The notes under the pieces were generated by a model. That model saw only the letters and a program-made list of their open reading frames with translations, ran no database searches and was not told where the DNA came from. A stretch of 64,000 nucleotides of DNA from Lama guanicoe (Eukaryota), in NCBI GenBank assembly GCA_013239625.1, contig MU054323.1:7925220-7989219 (forward strand), given 5' to 3'. This document shows positions 24,884-37,051 of this stretch, one piece after another (position 1 is the stretch's first letter; the number at the start of each line of letters is the position of its first letter). The translations under genes were made by a program, and so were the position numbers.

Positions 24884-27800
24884 CTTAGAAATAAGTAATC
24901 TACAAAGCAATCCATAATGTTAGTTGCAAACATATTCCAAATATATCTCAATATGTTCCCCAGCCAGGTCCTCTTGCATTTTCATGGAGAGATGATGTTC
25001 CAGTATTATGAAAAGTAGAATCAAGGGGCATTAGAGATTATATAAATGAAACAGCCCATACTACATACTTCGCTATTTCAAGTATTTCTAACTAAAAAGT
25101 CTATACCACTCGCCATCAAGAACGCTCCTACTCAGAGGATAACAAAGACCAGCTACTCTCCTCCCTCTTTCCTTATCACCTCACAACTTTGGCTCTCCTG
25201 CATAAAGATGATGAGATGATATTTTGAGCACAAGCCATCACGAGAGAAGTACCAACAGAGGGCCTTTCAATTGAGACTCTGGCTAGAAGGTAAGGAGCAC
25301 TGGGAAATTTTAGGTAAAAATTCCAAGTTGGTTCTGGGCAACTCTCTACCTCCTTTCTAGCATTAAAGGCTCACCTTTGTCCCGCTCCCACCCAAACATC
25401 TTGCTTTAGGTAGTCACCAAGCTATTCTGGAGGCCAGCACAGGGTCAACATCCCTGAATTATAACTTCTCATCTTTAAAAACACCCTACTCTTTCTTCCT
25501 TTGTCTTTCATATTCATGGTTCACATCACACCATGTCTCCTATGCGCCTCTTTCACTCGTGCTTCTCCCTACCCACATCTTCCAAATCTGGTCCAATTAT
25601 CTTAGAAAAAAGTTTTCTCTTTGGTTCTAAAAATAAAAACAAATCATCCCTTAATAACCAATAACTGTAACAGTAGTACACATGAAACACCTGTACTCAG
25701 GGAAAGGCCTAAGTTTTAAAGTAGTATCAAACACAGTAAAAAAAACTAGCACTTTAATACCCGGTGGTTCCTTCATGTATCTCATCTAATTATACTAGCT
25801 TTCCCCAAGTATTAGTTATCTAATTCTTAATTACTAATATTAAAACTTTTAAATTTCTAATTTTCATTAAACTGCATTTAAATGACATTAGGGGCTACAT
25901 GGTCTTGGAATCCACAACCATAATTTAGGAGTGTAGTGCCTGGCTAATTTAGGAGTGCTATTAGTGAAAAAAGAAGAGTTAAAATCCCTAGCAACCTCTC
26001 AGTGGCTAAAACTTTTCACCAGCTGGTGACCATCTGTCTCTCTGTCTGCTCTCTCACTCTCTAAATCCCCTACCTTCATCTGGCTCAGAATTTGAGGGGT
26101 GTTAAACAACAGTCTAAGACTTTGCTTTAGCATGCAAGATAATCAGAGATAACTAAGGGCAACAGACAATAAAATCACACCATTTTGGTCATTTTATGTC
26201 ATGGTAGTATTCTAAGAGCAATGTTAAACACCAAGCCTACCGAAAATGCTTCCTACATAATTTAGAAACAAACCTTAGACCCATACCCACTTCCAACCAT
26301 ACCCACTTGAGGATGGCCTATATTTAACCAGGAGTCAGGGACCCTTCTGCAGTGAAGAACTATTACACATGGCCAAAGTAGGACCCAGGAGACTATCCAA
26401 CATGACCTGTTGGACTGGGATTCCCATAGCAGTACTGAGATGTGATTCTAGAACTATGTTGGGCTTTCAGATCAGCTGGGGAGACTCAAATACACTCATA
26501 AATTTCCTGGATGACAGACAACACAGAATTACAGAATCAGAATTTAAGGGGGCTAGGCCTCAGAATCTAATTTTTTAAAAAGTAACTGAAGTAGACAGCA
26601 AACAAATGGGCATGTGAGAACCACTGAATTAGAGAACCCACTGATGGTGGAGTGGATTAGGGGAGGACCTTCAAGAGTAGCCAAGGGTCTTGCCTCCATC
26701 TTTCTCTCTATCCTGTAGTTCTTTAAAGGAGGGGAAGAGAAGGCACAGGAAACAAAAGCCTTACACTGCTTTCAAAGGCAAAATGGTATACTATTAAAAA
26801 AAGAAAACTGTAGATGGCACCAGAACCAGAGTCGGGTGATCTCTGGTTCTGTCTGCATTTTTCTTTAAACAATCCAAGTCAGTGCTCATAGTGCAAAGAC
26901 AAAGGATCTGAGGGTCAAAAGACTTGGGTTCAACCATCAAGTTTATCATTCACTAGCTGTATGGCCATGATCAAGCCTCTTAGTGTACTTCAGTGTTCTT
27001 AAAAAGACAGAAGCAAAAGTGAGGTAAGATTATAAACGTACCGGTAAGTCAAAGTGCTACACCAAAGTAAATTTAGAAGCCAGCCATCTTCTCAATCTCC
27101 AGTGCCTCTACTTCACTAATGACATACTTCCCTTCTTTGCTTTTCCATCATTTGAAATCAGTATCGTCTGTATTTATCACTCTTCCTTCTTTATGTCTGT
27201 ATCATGGCCCCACAAAGCTTTACCTTGAGATTCCACCTACAACGATCTTTCTCCTCCCTGCTCAAATTTTTATCTTTATCATTCACTGTTTCGTTCTTTA
27301 ATCACTGCATCTGTAGTAGATGTTTTCCCTACATAAGCTGTAATCTCTTCCATTTCACAGTCATTAATACAACAAAAATTTAGTGTGGCCTATCAAGTGC
27401 CATGCACTGTTACAGGCACCTGAAGTGAAAAGAAAGACAAAAATCCCTGTCTCTGTGGAGCTTACATTCTAAGGCAGCAGCAGATATGGTATCTGCGGAG
27501 CATCAATTCCTACTCAATAGAGATAAATAAAGAAGTGAAAACAGGCCTGGCATAAAAAGGAGTTTGCCTGTAAAGGAGAAATTCCAGTGAGGGTGGGTGC
27601 CAGGGAATAAGGCAATTCTAGCGAAACAGGGTAAAGTGAATTAGCAGAAATGAACTGATCAGGAATGCAGGGTGGGAGGGACAGGGTGGACAGACAGACA
27701 AAAAACAAGAAACACAAATATGTAAATAAATATGTTAGAAGGTAAGTGCCTAAGAAAAAAGAAAACAGCGGGTGAAGGGATTTGGGCATGGGCTGCAATT

Positions 27801-28677
27801 CTGAAGACCAAGTATTTGAGACAGGTGGTTTGTGCTCATTAGCTCATCAATTATAAACTCTTACCAACTAACCTACCTTTGCCATACACACATACACAAG
27901 ACCTTCTCTGAATCAATAGAGACAAAAAACAAAGAGAAAATCAGTAAATGTACAAATAAATCTGGAAAACAATTACAAACCACAGTCAACTAAATCCAGT
28001 TGAAGTACAAGGTAGCTCTGCTTTTGGAATCTAGCTTTACTCATTACCTAATTAGGAGTACTTACTTTAGAGCAGCTGCGTGAACTTTAGCCTATATCTA
28101 CTGGGCTACAGAAACAGAGGGAAACCTTTGTCCTACTTTTTAATCATTTAAACAATTTAACTCAAGAAGATACCTACAAGACCTAAGACTACAGCAGTGG
28201 AGAGAGCTGGATTATGCTGACACAAATTTCAAATATGAAAATGCTACTATCATTTTAACAATCAACAGCTTTTCTCAATATTCACTCCTGGAGGAAAAGA
28301 CAGGATTAAGGCAGTGAGGGTCAAATTTAAATATACAGTGTCTACTAAGGTATTTGCCTCCATTTCATGTCCTGTCTAATTATTTTACCACTTACATAAT
28401 TAGGAATTTGGGTTTTGAGTAGGAGTGGGAATTAAACAAGATATTTTGATCAAGATGTGATTTTCATTTGACATAATTCAGTATAACACTCCTGGAGGAG
28501 GAATGGATTAAACATCAAGACTACAAATCAGTGTCAAGAACATTTAATCATCAGTCAGTAAATGTCCTAATCCCATTAAATGTTTGGCAATGCTTTGGTA
28601 CAGACTTTTGGGGTCCAATTTGTTGAGTTTAAATGGCAATCCAGGTGTGCAGGAAATTTTAAATTCACTCTCTAGGC

Positions 28678-28802
28678 TTTTTTACCCCCAAATTTAAAAA
28701 TTGCTGTTAAAAGGGGCAATAACTATAATAAACCATATTTTTTTACCCCCAAATTTAAAAATTGCTGTTAAAAGGGGCAATAACTATAATAAACCATATT
28801 TT
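28678..28802. repeat. Perfect 61-bp tandem duplication
   Basis: The unit ttttttacccccaaatttaaaaattgctgttaaaaggggcaataactataataaaccatat occurs twice without mismatch. Confidence 0.97.
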
Positions 28803-29400
28803 CTTATTGGTGAAAACATAATGCAAAATATATACACGTTTGTGTGTATATATTTCTATACCAAAAACATAGAAAAACTACGCTTGTAACTTTCTACTAC
28901 ATACGTAAAATGTAAAAATTACTTTAAAAAAGTCTTAGATATACAGAATCACAGTTCTTCAGGGCAGGAAAGAGTTAATAATAGCTAACATTTATTAGTT
29001 AATATTAGTACTTTTGCCTTACACCTCAAATAATTCCTTCAAGGCTCAAAAGGTGGTGTCTTTCTCCATTTCACAAATGAGAAAACAGACATGGAAATTT
29101 ATTGCCCAAGGTCATCAGATGGTAAGGTCACCAAAGGATAAAGGCAGAGCCGGGGTTCAAACCCAGAAGTCAGACTCCGAATTTAATGCTTTTAATTGCG
29201 TTACCTTAAAATTAATGGAGAGGCAAGTTCAAAAATACACATTTGATATTTTTAAAATGGAAAATAGAGAAATCAAACTGTCAGGTAACATGACCAAATG
29301 CTAACAGTAGGTATGTGAGTAGTAAGAGAATGAGTGGTTCTTTTTTCTTAATCCCTTTCCCCTGTCTATACATTTCATTTTCTGTAGTCTTATGATTGGT

Positions 29401-29402
<2 letters not shown>

Positions 29403-29431
<29 letters not shown>
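29403..29431. repeat. (AC)14 microsatellite
   Basis: Read directly from the sequence. Confidence 0.95.
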
Positions 29432-30449
29432 GCAGTCCTTTAGAGACCAAAAACATTGGTCGAAACAAGAAAGCAGAAAAGATTCAATCACCCCAAATTA
29501 GTCCCTTACAGTAAAAGGAGATTCCAGCCTCCAGTCTAAAAACAACACACAGTATCACCCCAGCGGTTCAAAAGGAGAAAGGCATACTACAAATGAAATT
29601 TATAATTAAGTATCCAGTATTAAGTACAACATGCAATAGAAAGTCACATTTCACCTTACAGATTTGAGATGGAAGAAAAATGCTCGATTTTCCACAATCA
29701 CCAACTTTAACTTTCACTGCCAGTTTGAAGAGAAAAAGATATTACGGCTAATGCAAAGTAACTGCCTATTGTGAGAAACAAGGTTAGAAATAGTTGTTAA
29801 AATTATCTAACATTTTATTCCTTAAGAAACAGGTATTTATGTAAATGTTCTAGCAAGTTGCAGAACCTCTTCTTGAAACTCAACATACTATATGTTCACA
29901 ATGAGATTAATGGAAACTGCAAGAGTTGAGCTCCCTATTGAAACGTGGTAATACGCACAAAAATGGTTCTGAGGGAAAGGAGCAAGGAATGGCAATAATG
30001 TGCAAGGCCGGTCAATTTCATACGAGCAGCTTTTAAGACATCTCTTGTTACAGGCAAGGTGCTATGGAGCCACAAAGATGTGATAGATTGGACTGTCGTA
30101 GTCCTCCTGGGCCTCCCAAACTAGTAGGGTCAGGTTCAAGGCCATCATTAAAAAAAATAAGAGGACACCTGCGAGAAGTGCCAAATCACGCGGACAGGAC
30201 TCAGAAACGTTAGGGGCTACGGAGCCTGAACTCGCTGCAGGACTCGGAGTCGTGAGAGAGGAAGTGTCAGTCCCGGCACCCCGGCACGAGAGATCAACTC
30301 CCTGGGCAGCATCCCTCCCTCTCATCCAGGGCTGGGTCCCTGGCCCAGGGCAGTGAGAAGGCAGCGATAGGGAAATGCAGCTCCAGGGCTGCCCTGGTTT
30401 CCGAAGGAGTTCTGCCCGGGTATGTAGGGCTCCCGGCACCAGGACTCAC

Positions 30450-30516
30450 CCGGGCAACGGAGCGTTCTGGAGGCGGTGAAGCGGCCCAGGCTGCCAATTA
30501 CCCGGGAGGCCACCAT
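30450..30516 (-). CDS. HADHA: HADHA exon 1 coding part (67 nt), trifunctional enzyme subunit alpha, mitochondrial targeting peptide
   Basis: ATG at 30516 in strong Kozak context (aagATGg); MVASRVIGSLGRFTASRTLRCP(G) is Arg-rich and acid-free; gtgagt donor. Confidence 0.96.
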
Positions 30517-30859
30517 CTTGAGCATGAGAGGACGAAAGTGGAAAGCACTCCAACTGGCGGCAGCCAAGCAGAGGTCTTTTCTTCCCGCAGCCTGGCCCTG
30601 GTCAGGCGCCCGGCGTACTGCCTGGCTAAAACCCCCGATGGCCAGTTGCCACCGGCCTTTTCACCTTGCCCTTCGCTTCCGGCTAAAGGGGCGGAAAGGC
30701 GGCTTTCTTCGCGAGAAGGAAGGACGCTCAGCGAGAAGAAGACGGAGTTCCGAGTTTTCCAGTCAGGCAGCGGGCGGGCAGCCTGCGAGGCCCACGGAGC
30801 CCGCGGGGAGGGTGAGGGGGTCCTTTCTAGGCAGGACCCGCCCCTTGGTCCAGTCTCTC

Positions 30860-30911
30860 GGGTCCTGTCACTCGGATCCAAACCTCACTTGCAGCGGGAG
30901 TCCGAACTGAG
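30860..30911 (+). other. HADHB: HADHB non-coding exon 1 (5' end approximate)
   Basis: GAG/gtgaga donor at 30911/30912 inside the CpG island, divergent from HADHA exon 1. The TSS cannot be determined from sequence. Confidence 0.65.
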
Positions 30912-32192
30912 GTGAGAAGCACCCCCCGTCCCCACCCCGAGCTCCGCACTTCCTTTCCCTCCTACCGCGCCAGTGCCTGCGGCCTCCCTGGGGGAGTGGA
31001 GTTCGAGGGAGCAGAACGAAGCTTCTCGATCGGGTTCTCCGATACCAGTGTAATTTGGGCAGTAATGTGGACTAACGGAGTCCCCTGTGTCTTTTAATTT
31101 ATCACCGGAAGTTGACAAATTGTGGGTTTGTGTGTGGTGTCGTGGTACGGGCTGAGAGGTGCTTATAGCGCTGGCTTGTGTTCCAGTGTTTGGCCTGTAG
31201 CCTGGTCGGCGGCTGGAGAGGTTTGGAATGGGACCAGGGTGGAACTCGATTTTCGGGACTCGAGTGTAGGTTGGCTAGCTTCTAGTCAAGAGCCCTACGT
31301 TGCATGATAGCTGTTTTTGCGCTGGAAAGATAGATGAGTCCTGGAATTTTTAGTTATCTATCAAATTTTGAATTATGAATTTCTGAGCCCAGTAATCCTT
31401 CTTACTGGTCTTTAACCAATAGAAATATTCATGATGTTATGTGTAGCAATCATAGGTCTCCAGCCAACAGATATGCTCAAGATGTAAATGTACATCAGTA
31501 GGAAATGATTAAATAAATCATAGTACAAACGTACCATGGAATACTGTTCAGTAGTTCGTAAAGAAAAATGAAACATAATGACATGCTGATGTGGAAAAAT
31601 GTCCACAATATATATTAAAGGAAAAAGCAAGTGGCAGAACAATACGTATAGTAAGTATCCATTTTATGACAGAAAGCGAGAGGAGAGAAAATCCGAAAGC
31701 TGAGTCTACATATGGAAGGGATAAAGAGGGGCTTTCAGTTTACATTCTTCTGTCTTTTTAAAGTTTCTTTTACAATGAGCATTTTTAATGTACAGTATAA
31801 TTCTATTTTTATCGAAAATCTGCATATACTTACATCTTTATAGAGAGATAAAAACATACAAATGCATAAAAATGTTGGAAGCCTTTCCCCATCTAAGATT
31901 ATAAAAATATCCTCTGATGTTTTCTTATAGTACTTTTATAGTTAAAAGTATATATTTAAATTAATCCATTTGGAATTGTACTTATAATGTGAGCTGTGGA
32001 TCTAAATTTTTTTCCCAAATGATTAACCATTTCCCCAGTAAATCCATTGAATAATTCATCTTTCTCCCATTTATTTGAAATGTTATTTTTATTATATACT
32101 AAATTCTCATACACATGAATATGCTTCAGAACTTGCTACATCCTGTTCTGTTGATTTGTTCATTTATTCCTGTGCCAAAATTGCACTGTTTT

Positions 32193-33376
32193 TTTTTAAC
32201 ATTTTTTATTGATTCATAATCATTTTACAGTGTTGTGTCAAATTCCACTGTTCAGCACAATTTTTCAGTCATTCATGGACATATACACACTCATTGTCAC
32301 ATTTTTTTCTCTGTGATTTATCATAACATTTTGTGTATATTTCCCTGTGCTATACAGTGTAATCTTGTTTATCTATTCTACAATTTTGAAACCCCAGTCT
32401 ATCCCTTCCCACCCTCTACCCCGCCCCCCACCCCGGTAACCACAAGTCTGTATTCTCTGTCCATGAGTCTATTTCTGTCCTGTATTTATGCTTTGTTTTT
32501 GTTTGTTTGTTTGTTTTTGTTTTTTAGATTCCACATATGAGCGATCTCATATGGTATTTTTCTTTCTCTTTCTGGCTTACTTCACTTAGAATGACATTCT
32601 CTAGGAGCATCCATGTTGCTGCAAATGGCATTATGTTGTCGGTTTTTATGGCTGAGTAGTATTCCATTGTATAAATATACCACATCTTCTTTATCCAGTC
32701 ACCTGTTGATGGACATTTAGGTTGTTTCCATGTTTTGGCTATTGTAAATAGTGCTGCTATGAACATTGGGGTGCAGGTGTCATCCTGAAGTAGATTTCCT
32801 TCTGGGTACAAGCCCAGGAGTGGGATTCCTGGGTCATATGGTAAGTCTATTCCTAGTCTTTTGAGGAATCTCCACACTGTTTTCCATAGTGGCTGCACCA
32901 AACTGCATTCCCACCAGCAGTGTAGGAGGGTTCCCCTTTCTCCACAGCCTCTCCAGCATTTGTCATTTTTGGATTTTTGAATGACGGCCATTCTGACTGG
33001 TGTGAGGTGATACCTCATTGTAGTTTTGATTTGCATTTCTCTGGTAATTAGTGATATTGAACATTTTTTCATGTGTTTTTTGATCATTTGTATGTCTTCC
33101 TTGGAGAATTGCTTGTTTAGGTCTTCTGCCCATTTTTGGATTGGGTTGTTTATTTTTTTCTTATTGAGTCATATGAGCTGCTTATATATTTTGGAGATCA
33201 AGCCTTTGTCGGTTTCACTTGCAAAAATTTTCTCCCATTCCGTAGGTTTTCTTCTTGTTTTATTTCTGGTTTCCTTTGCTCTGCAGAAGCTTCTAAGTTT
33301 CATTAGGTCCCATTTGTTTATTCTTGCTTTTATTTCTTCTAGGAGAAAATTTTTGAAATGTATGTCAGATAATGTT
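32193..33376 (-). mobile_element. Young 5'-truncated LINE-1 in HADHB intron 1
   Basis: Uninterrupted 187-aa ORF2p C-terminus (32524-33087: [18 protein letters not shown]...[10 protein letters not shown]), complete 3' UTR, poly(A), perfect 12-bp TSD ttgcactgtttt (32181-32192 and 33377-33388) at a TT/AAAA site; nested in an older L1. Confidence 0.95.
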
Positions 33377-33749
33377 TTGCACTGTTTTAATTATTGGTGC
33401 TTAATAGAAAGTTTTGGTGTCTATTAGAGCAAGGTCCTCTTTTTTTCAATCAACATTTTCTTAACTTCTTTCATGAATTTTATCTCAAGATGAACTTTAG
33501 TTATGGGAATTTGTATTCCAGACTCAAGTGACATCAAATGTTGCTTCTAGAAAAGTGGTGCCTATCTTATGGGCCAATTTGTGTCTCCCTGGTCAGAGTC
33601 TATTGGATATATCTAGGTTGGTGGGCCTAGAGGTTGGACTCCTCTATCTCTTCCCAATCCATGTATTTACTAAATGTGTTTTTTTTTTTGGAAGCCATAG
33701 GACATCCTTTTTTTAGATTATAAAGACCAAAGAGAAGTTAAACAAGGCT

Positions 33750-34190
33750 TTTATATTATCTGTTACTATGTAACAAATTACTCCAAAATTGAGCAGCTTA
33801 AATCAAAAATTTATTATCTCATACAGCTTCTGAAGGTCAGGAGTCTAGGGGTGACTTAGCTGGGTTCTGGCTTAGAGTTCCTCATGAGGTTGCAGTTAGA
33901 ATGTTGGCCAGAGCTGTGGTCATCGGAAAGCTTGTCTGTGCTAAAGGATCCACTTCCAAGCTCACTCCCACTGCCGGCCGGCTGGCCAGGCCGTTGTCAG
34001 GAGGCGGCAGTTCCTCGCCATGTGAGCCTCTTCGCAGGGCTGCTCCTGATATGCCGGCTGGCTTCCTGCAGGCCAGGTGATCTGAGAGACAGACCAAGAT
34101 GGTAGCTGCGGTATCTTTTATAGCCTAACCTCGGAAGTGACATAGCATCACTTCTAACATATTCTTTGGCTTACACGGAACAACTGTGTA
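33750..34190 (-). mobile_element. MaLR LTR (MLT1 family)
   Basis: gtaacaaattactccaaaa...tttattatctcatacag...cttagctgg...ttcctcgccatgtgagcctc...ggaagtgacatagcatcacttc is a typical antisense MLT1 pattern. Confidence 0.72.
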
Positions 34191-34849
34191 AACAAAAATT
34201 CACAGAAGTGGAGTAGCTGGATCAAAAGTTAAGTGCGGTTGTAGTGTTTTGACAGTTATTTGCCAAATTGTCTTCCATAGGGATACACGTGCAGAGTTGC
34301 ATCAGTTTACACTCTGAGCAGCAGTGTATGAGAGTGCCTGTGTGTGCGTGCTGTTCCACGCACTGAATGTCAGACCTTTGAGTCAAAAAATATATCTTGG
34401 TGCGGTTTTAATTTGTATTTCTCTTCTGAGTGAGAGTGAATGTCTTTTCATATATTTAAGAGCCATTTGTATTTCCATTTCTGTGAACAGTCTGTTCATA
34501 TCCTTTGTCCATTTTTTTCTTACTCTTTTGTAGGAACTCGTTTTGGGGAATTTAGGGAAATGATTAATATGTTTTAAATATTTTTTAATATATAGGGATT
34601 TTCTATTTTTATTATTTTGAAACAGTGTTAAGCTTATTTTTAAGAAGTAGCAAGAGCAATATACAAACTTTTTTTCTTATAGCAGTTAAAATGTGATATT
34701 GCACTATCCCTGAATACTTCGGTGTGTATTCCCTTCAAATACAGACGTCTCACAGGCATTCTACATAATCACAATACAACCATCAAAATCAGGAAGTTCA
34801 CACTGGTGGCTTCAGGATCATGTCCAGCAATCTCTCTACTCCTTTGGCC

Positions 34850-35070
34850 CTAGAGAAGAGCATAGACTCTGGAGCTAGACTGCCTGACTTCACATCCCAG
34901 CTCTGCCTCTTACTAGTCACTCAATCTCTATGTGTTTCAGTTTCTTATCTCTTCCAAATGATGTAATTATCATGCCTACTCTGTTGGTTATTGTGAGTAT
35001 TAGATGAACTAATGCTTAAATTAGTGGTTTACATACTATGAAAGGTATGTCAATGAAGCTATAATAATAT
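34850..35070 (+). mobile_element. MIR SINE remnant
   Basis: agcatagactctggagctagactgcctg...cccagctctgcc...tcagtttctt. Confidence 0.6.
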
Positions 35071-35213
35071 TAGAGGACGGATAGTTGGTAATAAATTTTA
35101 GAGTATTTTTAATAGGCATGGGTAAGATTGTCAGAAATCATAGACTACAATGTAAGCTACAAAATGTTCAAATAACCCCGACTATCTTTTTTCTTCCCTT
35201 GTTAGATTTCAGA

Positions 35214-35280
35214 ATGACTTCCTTCTTGACATACACTTTTAAAAATCTTCCCAGTACATCAAAATGGGCCCTCATATCTT
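35214..35280 (+). CDS. HADHB: HADHB exon 2 coding part (exon starts 35206), trifunctional enzyme subunit beta (long-chain 3-ketoacyl-CoA thiolase) presequence
   Basis: tag acceptor, 8-nt UTR, ATG at 35214; MTSFLTYTFKNLPSTSKWALIS(S); gtaagt donor. Confidence 0.95.
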
Positions 35281-35393
35281 GTAAGTGTCATTTGTTCTTT
35301 TTTTTTTTTAAAGGTTAGATTTGGGTGTGTAAACATCTTTTCAGGGACATGAAATTGTATTGCTTTTTGTAAAAACTTTATTTTGTCTTCCAG

Positions 35394-35438
35394 CTATAAG
35401 ACCTCTGAGCTGTTCCTCCCAACTTCGAGCTGCTGCAG
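35394..35438 (+). CDS. HADHB: HADHB exon 3 (45 nt)
   Basis: (S)IRPLSCSSQLRAAA(D); cag/gtacaa. Confidence 0.94.
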
Positions 35439-37051
35439 GTACAATCATTTGTAAAAGAAACATTTTTGATTTGTTAGATTCTAGAATCTAGGTTTGTGAA
35501 TTTTGAGAAAAAGCCAAAACTAATTTGCCAGCTCTCCCCTTTTTATGAGCAATATGAACATCACTGTTACCTTCAAATTAAAACAACATTGGATTGACCA
35601 GTCGATGATAGTACTTGGTGTAGGGTTGTACCCGAGGATGCTGGCAAGAGGCTACTTTCTAGGATGTGGATCCTGATGGAGTCACAGAGGTTCCGTGAAT
35701 CTTGCAGGTCAGTTTACTCAGCTTCTGGCTGTTGGTCCTGGAGATGATCAGCTTACAAACACCCAGGAAACTATTATGGAGCCAAAAGTTAACTTTTTAA
35801 ACTTTCAGTGACAGAATTCTCTATTAATATCTTCTTATCCCACGTGCAAGGGGACCCATACCTGAAATAGGGGTAACTGTGGAACTGGTTAATAAAAGAA
35901 TATTGTTTAGTCAATATGAAATGAAAAAGTAAGGAAAGTTGTTGATTTTTATATGGTCTTTCAGACCCTTGGCAAATCTTCAGTGTTGAATACACACTTT
36001 TGCAGAATCTGCTGTAGGTCTGTATCTTCACCAGCCAGTGCTAAAAGCACCCTGATGAGTTCATACCTTCTCCTTGCTTGGGTCCTGTATTAACCTATGA
36101 CTTAAGTTTTTGGTTTTATTATGGTATTTCTAGTTGGATAATAACTTAATAGAAAAAGCATCTTACCAGGATTCAGAAGACCTCTGCTCTGTTCCAGTTC
36201 TACCTCTTTTGGAGCAGTATGGCCTTGAACTGATCACTTTACTTCCCTGTGCTTTAGTTTCTTTGTCTAAAAAAGAGTAATCATTTTAGTCTTGTTAACC
36301 TCAAGTAGTTGTGAAGATATCTCAAAGCACTTTGAAAACTGTAAACTCAATAACGATTATGTTTTTATATTGTTTTTCATATAGTGTTTTTTTCAGGGGT
36401 CTGTTGCCTAATCCCACCTAGAGAAATTTCGTGTTGTTGTATAATAAATATATTTTCTGTGGCCTCTGAATTCTAACTAGAATATAGATTTGTACTAGCC
36501 TCACAAAGAATAATTCTTTTCTATCTCGTTTCACCTTTGCCTTAATTCTAATGTTCACCCAGGCCCTTGCTTTGCGTACGCATAGATCTAACTCTTGCCA
36601 ACTGGGAGACAGTCACAGTGAATACCAACAGAGTATTTAGAGTATTCTTTATATCGCTCTTTAACTGTTTTTTGTTTCTGTCTCCCCAAGTCTAAGCCCT
36701 TGTGAGACTTACGCCTTTTCATGTCTCCAGTGTGTCACACTACAGGTGATTTGTGGTAACACTGATGGTGATGCAATGCAGTGACGATGGTGCTGGAAGC
36801 ACATGATGAGACAAAGGAGTATGACCAACTGATTTGTGGGAAGGGAGGAGGCACATCGAACAAGTTTTATGTTGCAATAATTTTATAGCTAATTTCTCTT
36901 GAAGTTAATGTGACTTTTCCTGCTTGACAGCTCTGTTGGGATGAAGGAATTAGAATAGAGGGATACAGGTTTTATTGATCAGGTTGACTGGAAATTTAAG
37001 TGTTTGATGGAAATTTTGACTTATTCATTGATTATATCTAGATATGCTATA

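Larger units (their letters stand above)
30150..31270. promoter_or_regulatory. CpG island / HADHA-HADHB bidirectional promoter
   Basis: Sharp rise in GC and CpG against an AT-rich background. About 350 bp separate the HADHA ATG (30516) and HADHB exon 1. GC boxes at ~30688, ~30771 and ~30838; ETS-type CTTCCGG at ~30676 and CCGGAAGT at 31105; no obvious TATA box. The head-to-head arrangement is established for mammalian HADHA/HADHB. Confidence 0.92.

Noticed and set aside
28701..28889. 62-aa ORF with internal repeat
   Set aside because: By-product of the 61-bp tandem duplication; non-ATG start and no coding signal.
30062..31307. Cluster of overlapping 60-144 aa ORFs on both strands
   Set aside because: Expected from stop-codon depletion in a CpG island. 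Only 30450-30516 (HADHA exon 1) matches a known protein.
32524..33427. 187-aa and 133-aa ORFs as host genes
   Set aside because: They are the sense and antisense frames of an L1 ORF2 3' fragment. The same applies to ORFs at 13816-14802, 53078-53456 and 62455-63123.
35590..35900. Moderately GC-rich stretch ending near an AATAAA, possible processed pseudogene
   Set aside because: The frames I translated gave no recognisable protein, and I saw no TSD or poly(A) tail.
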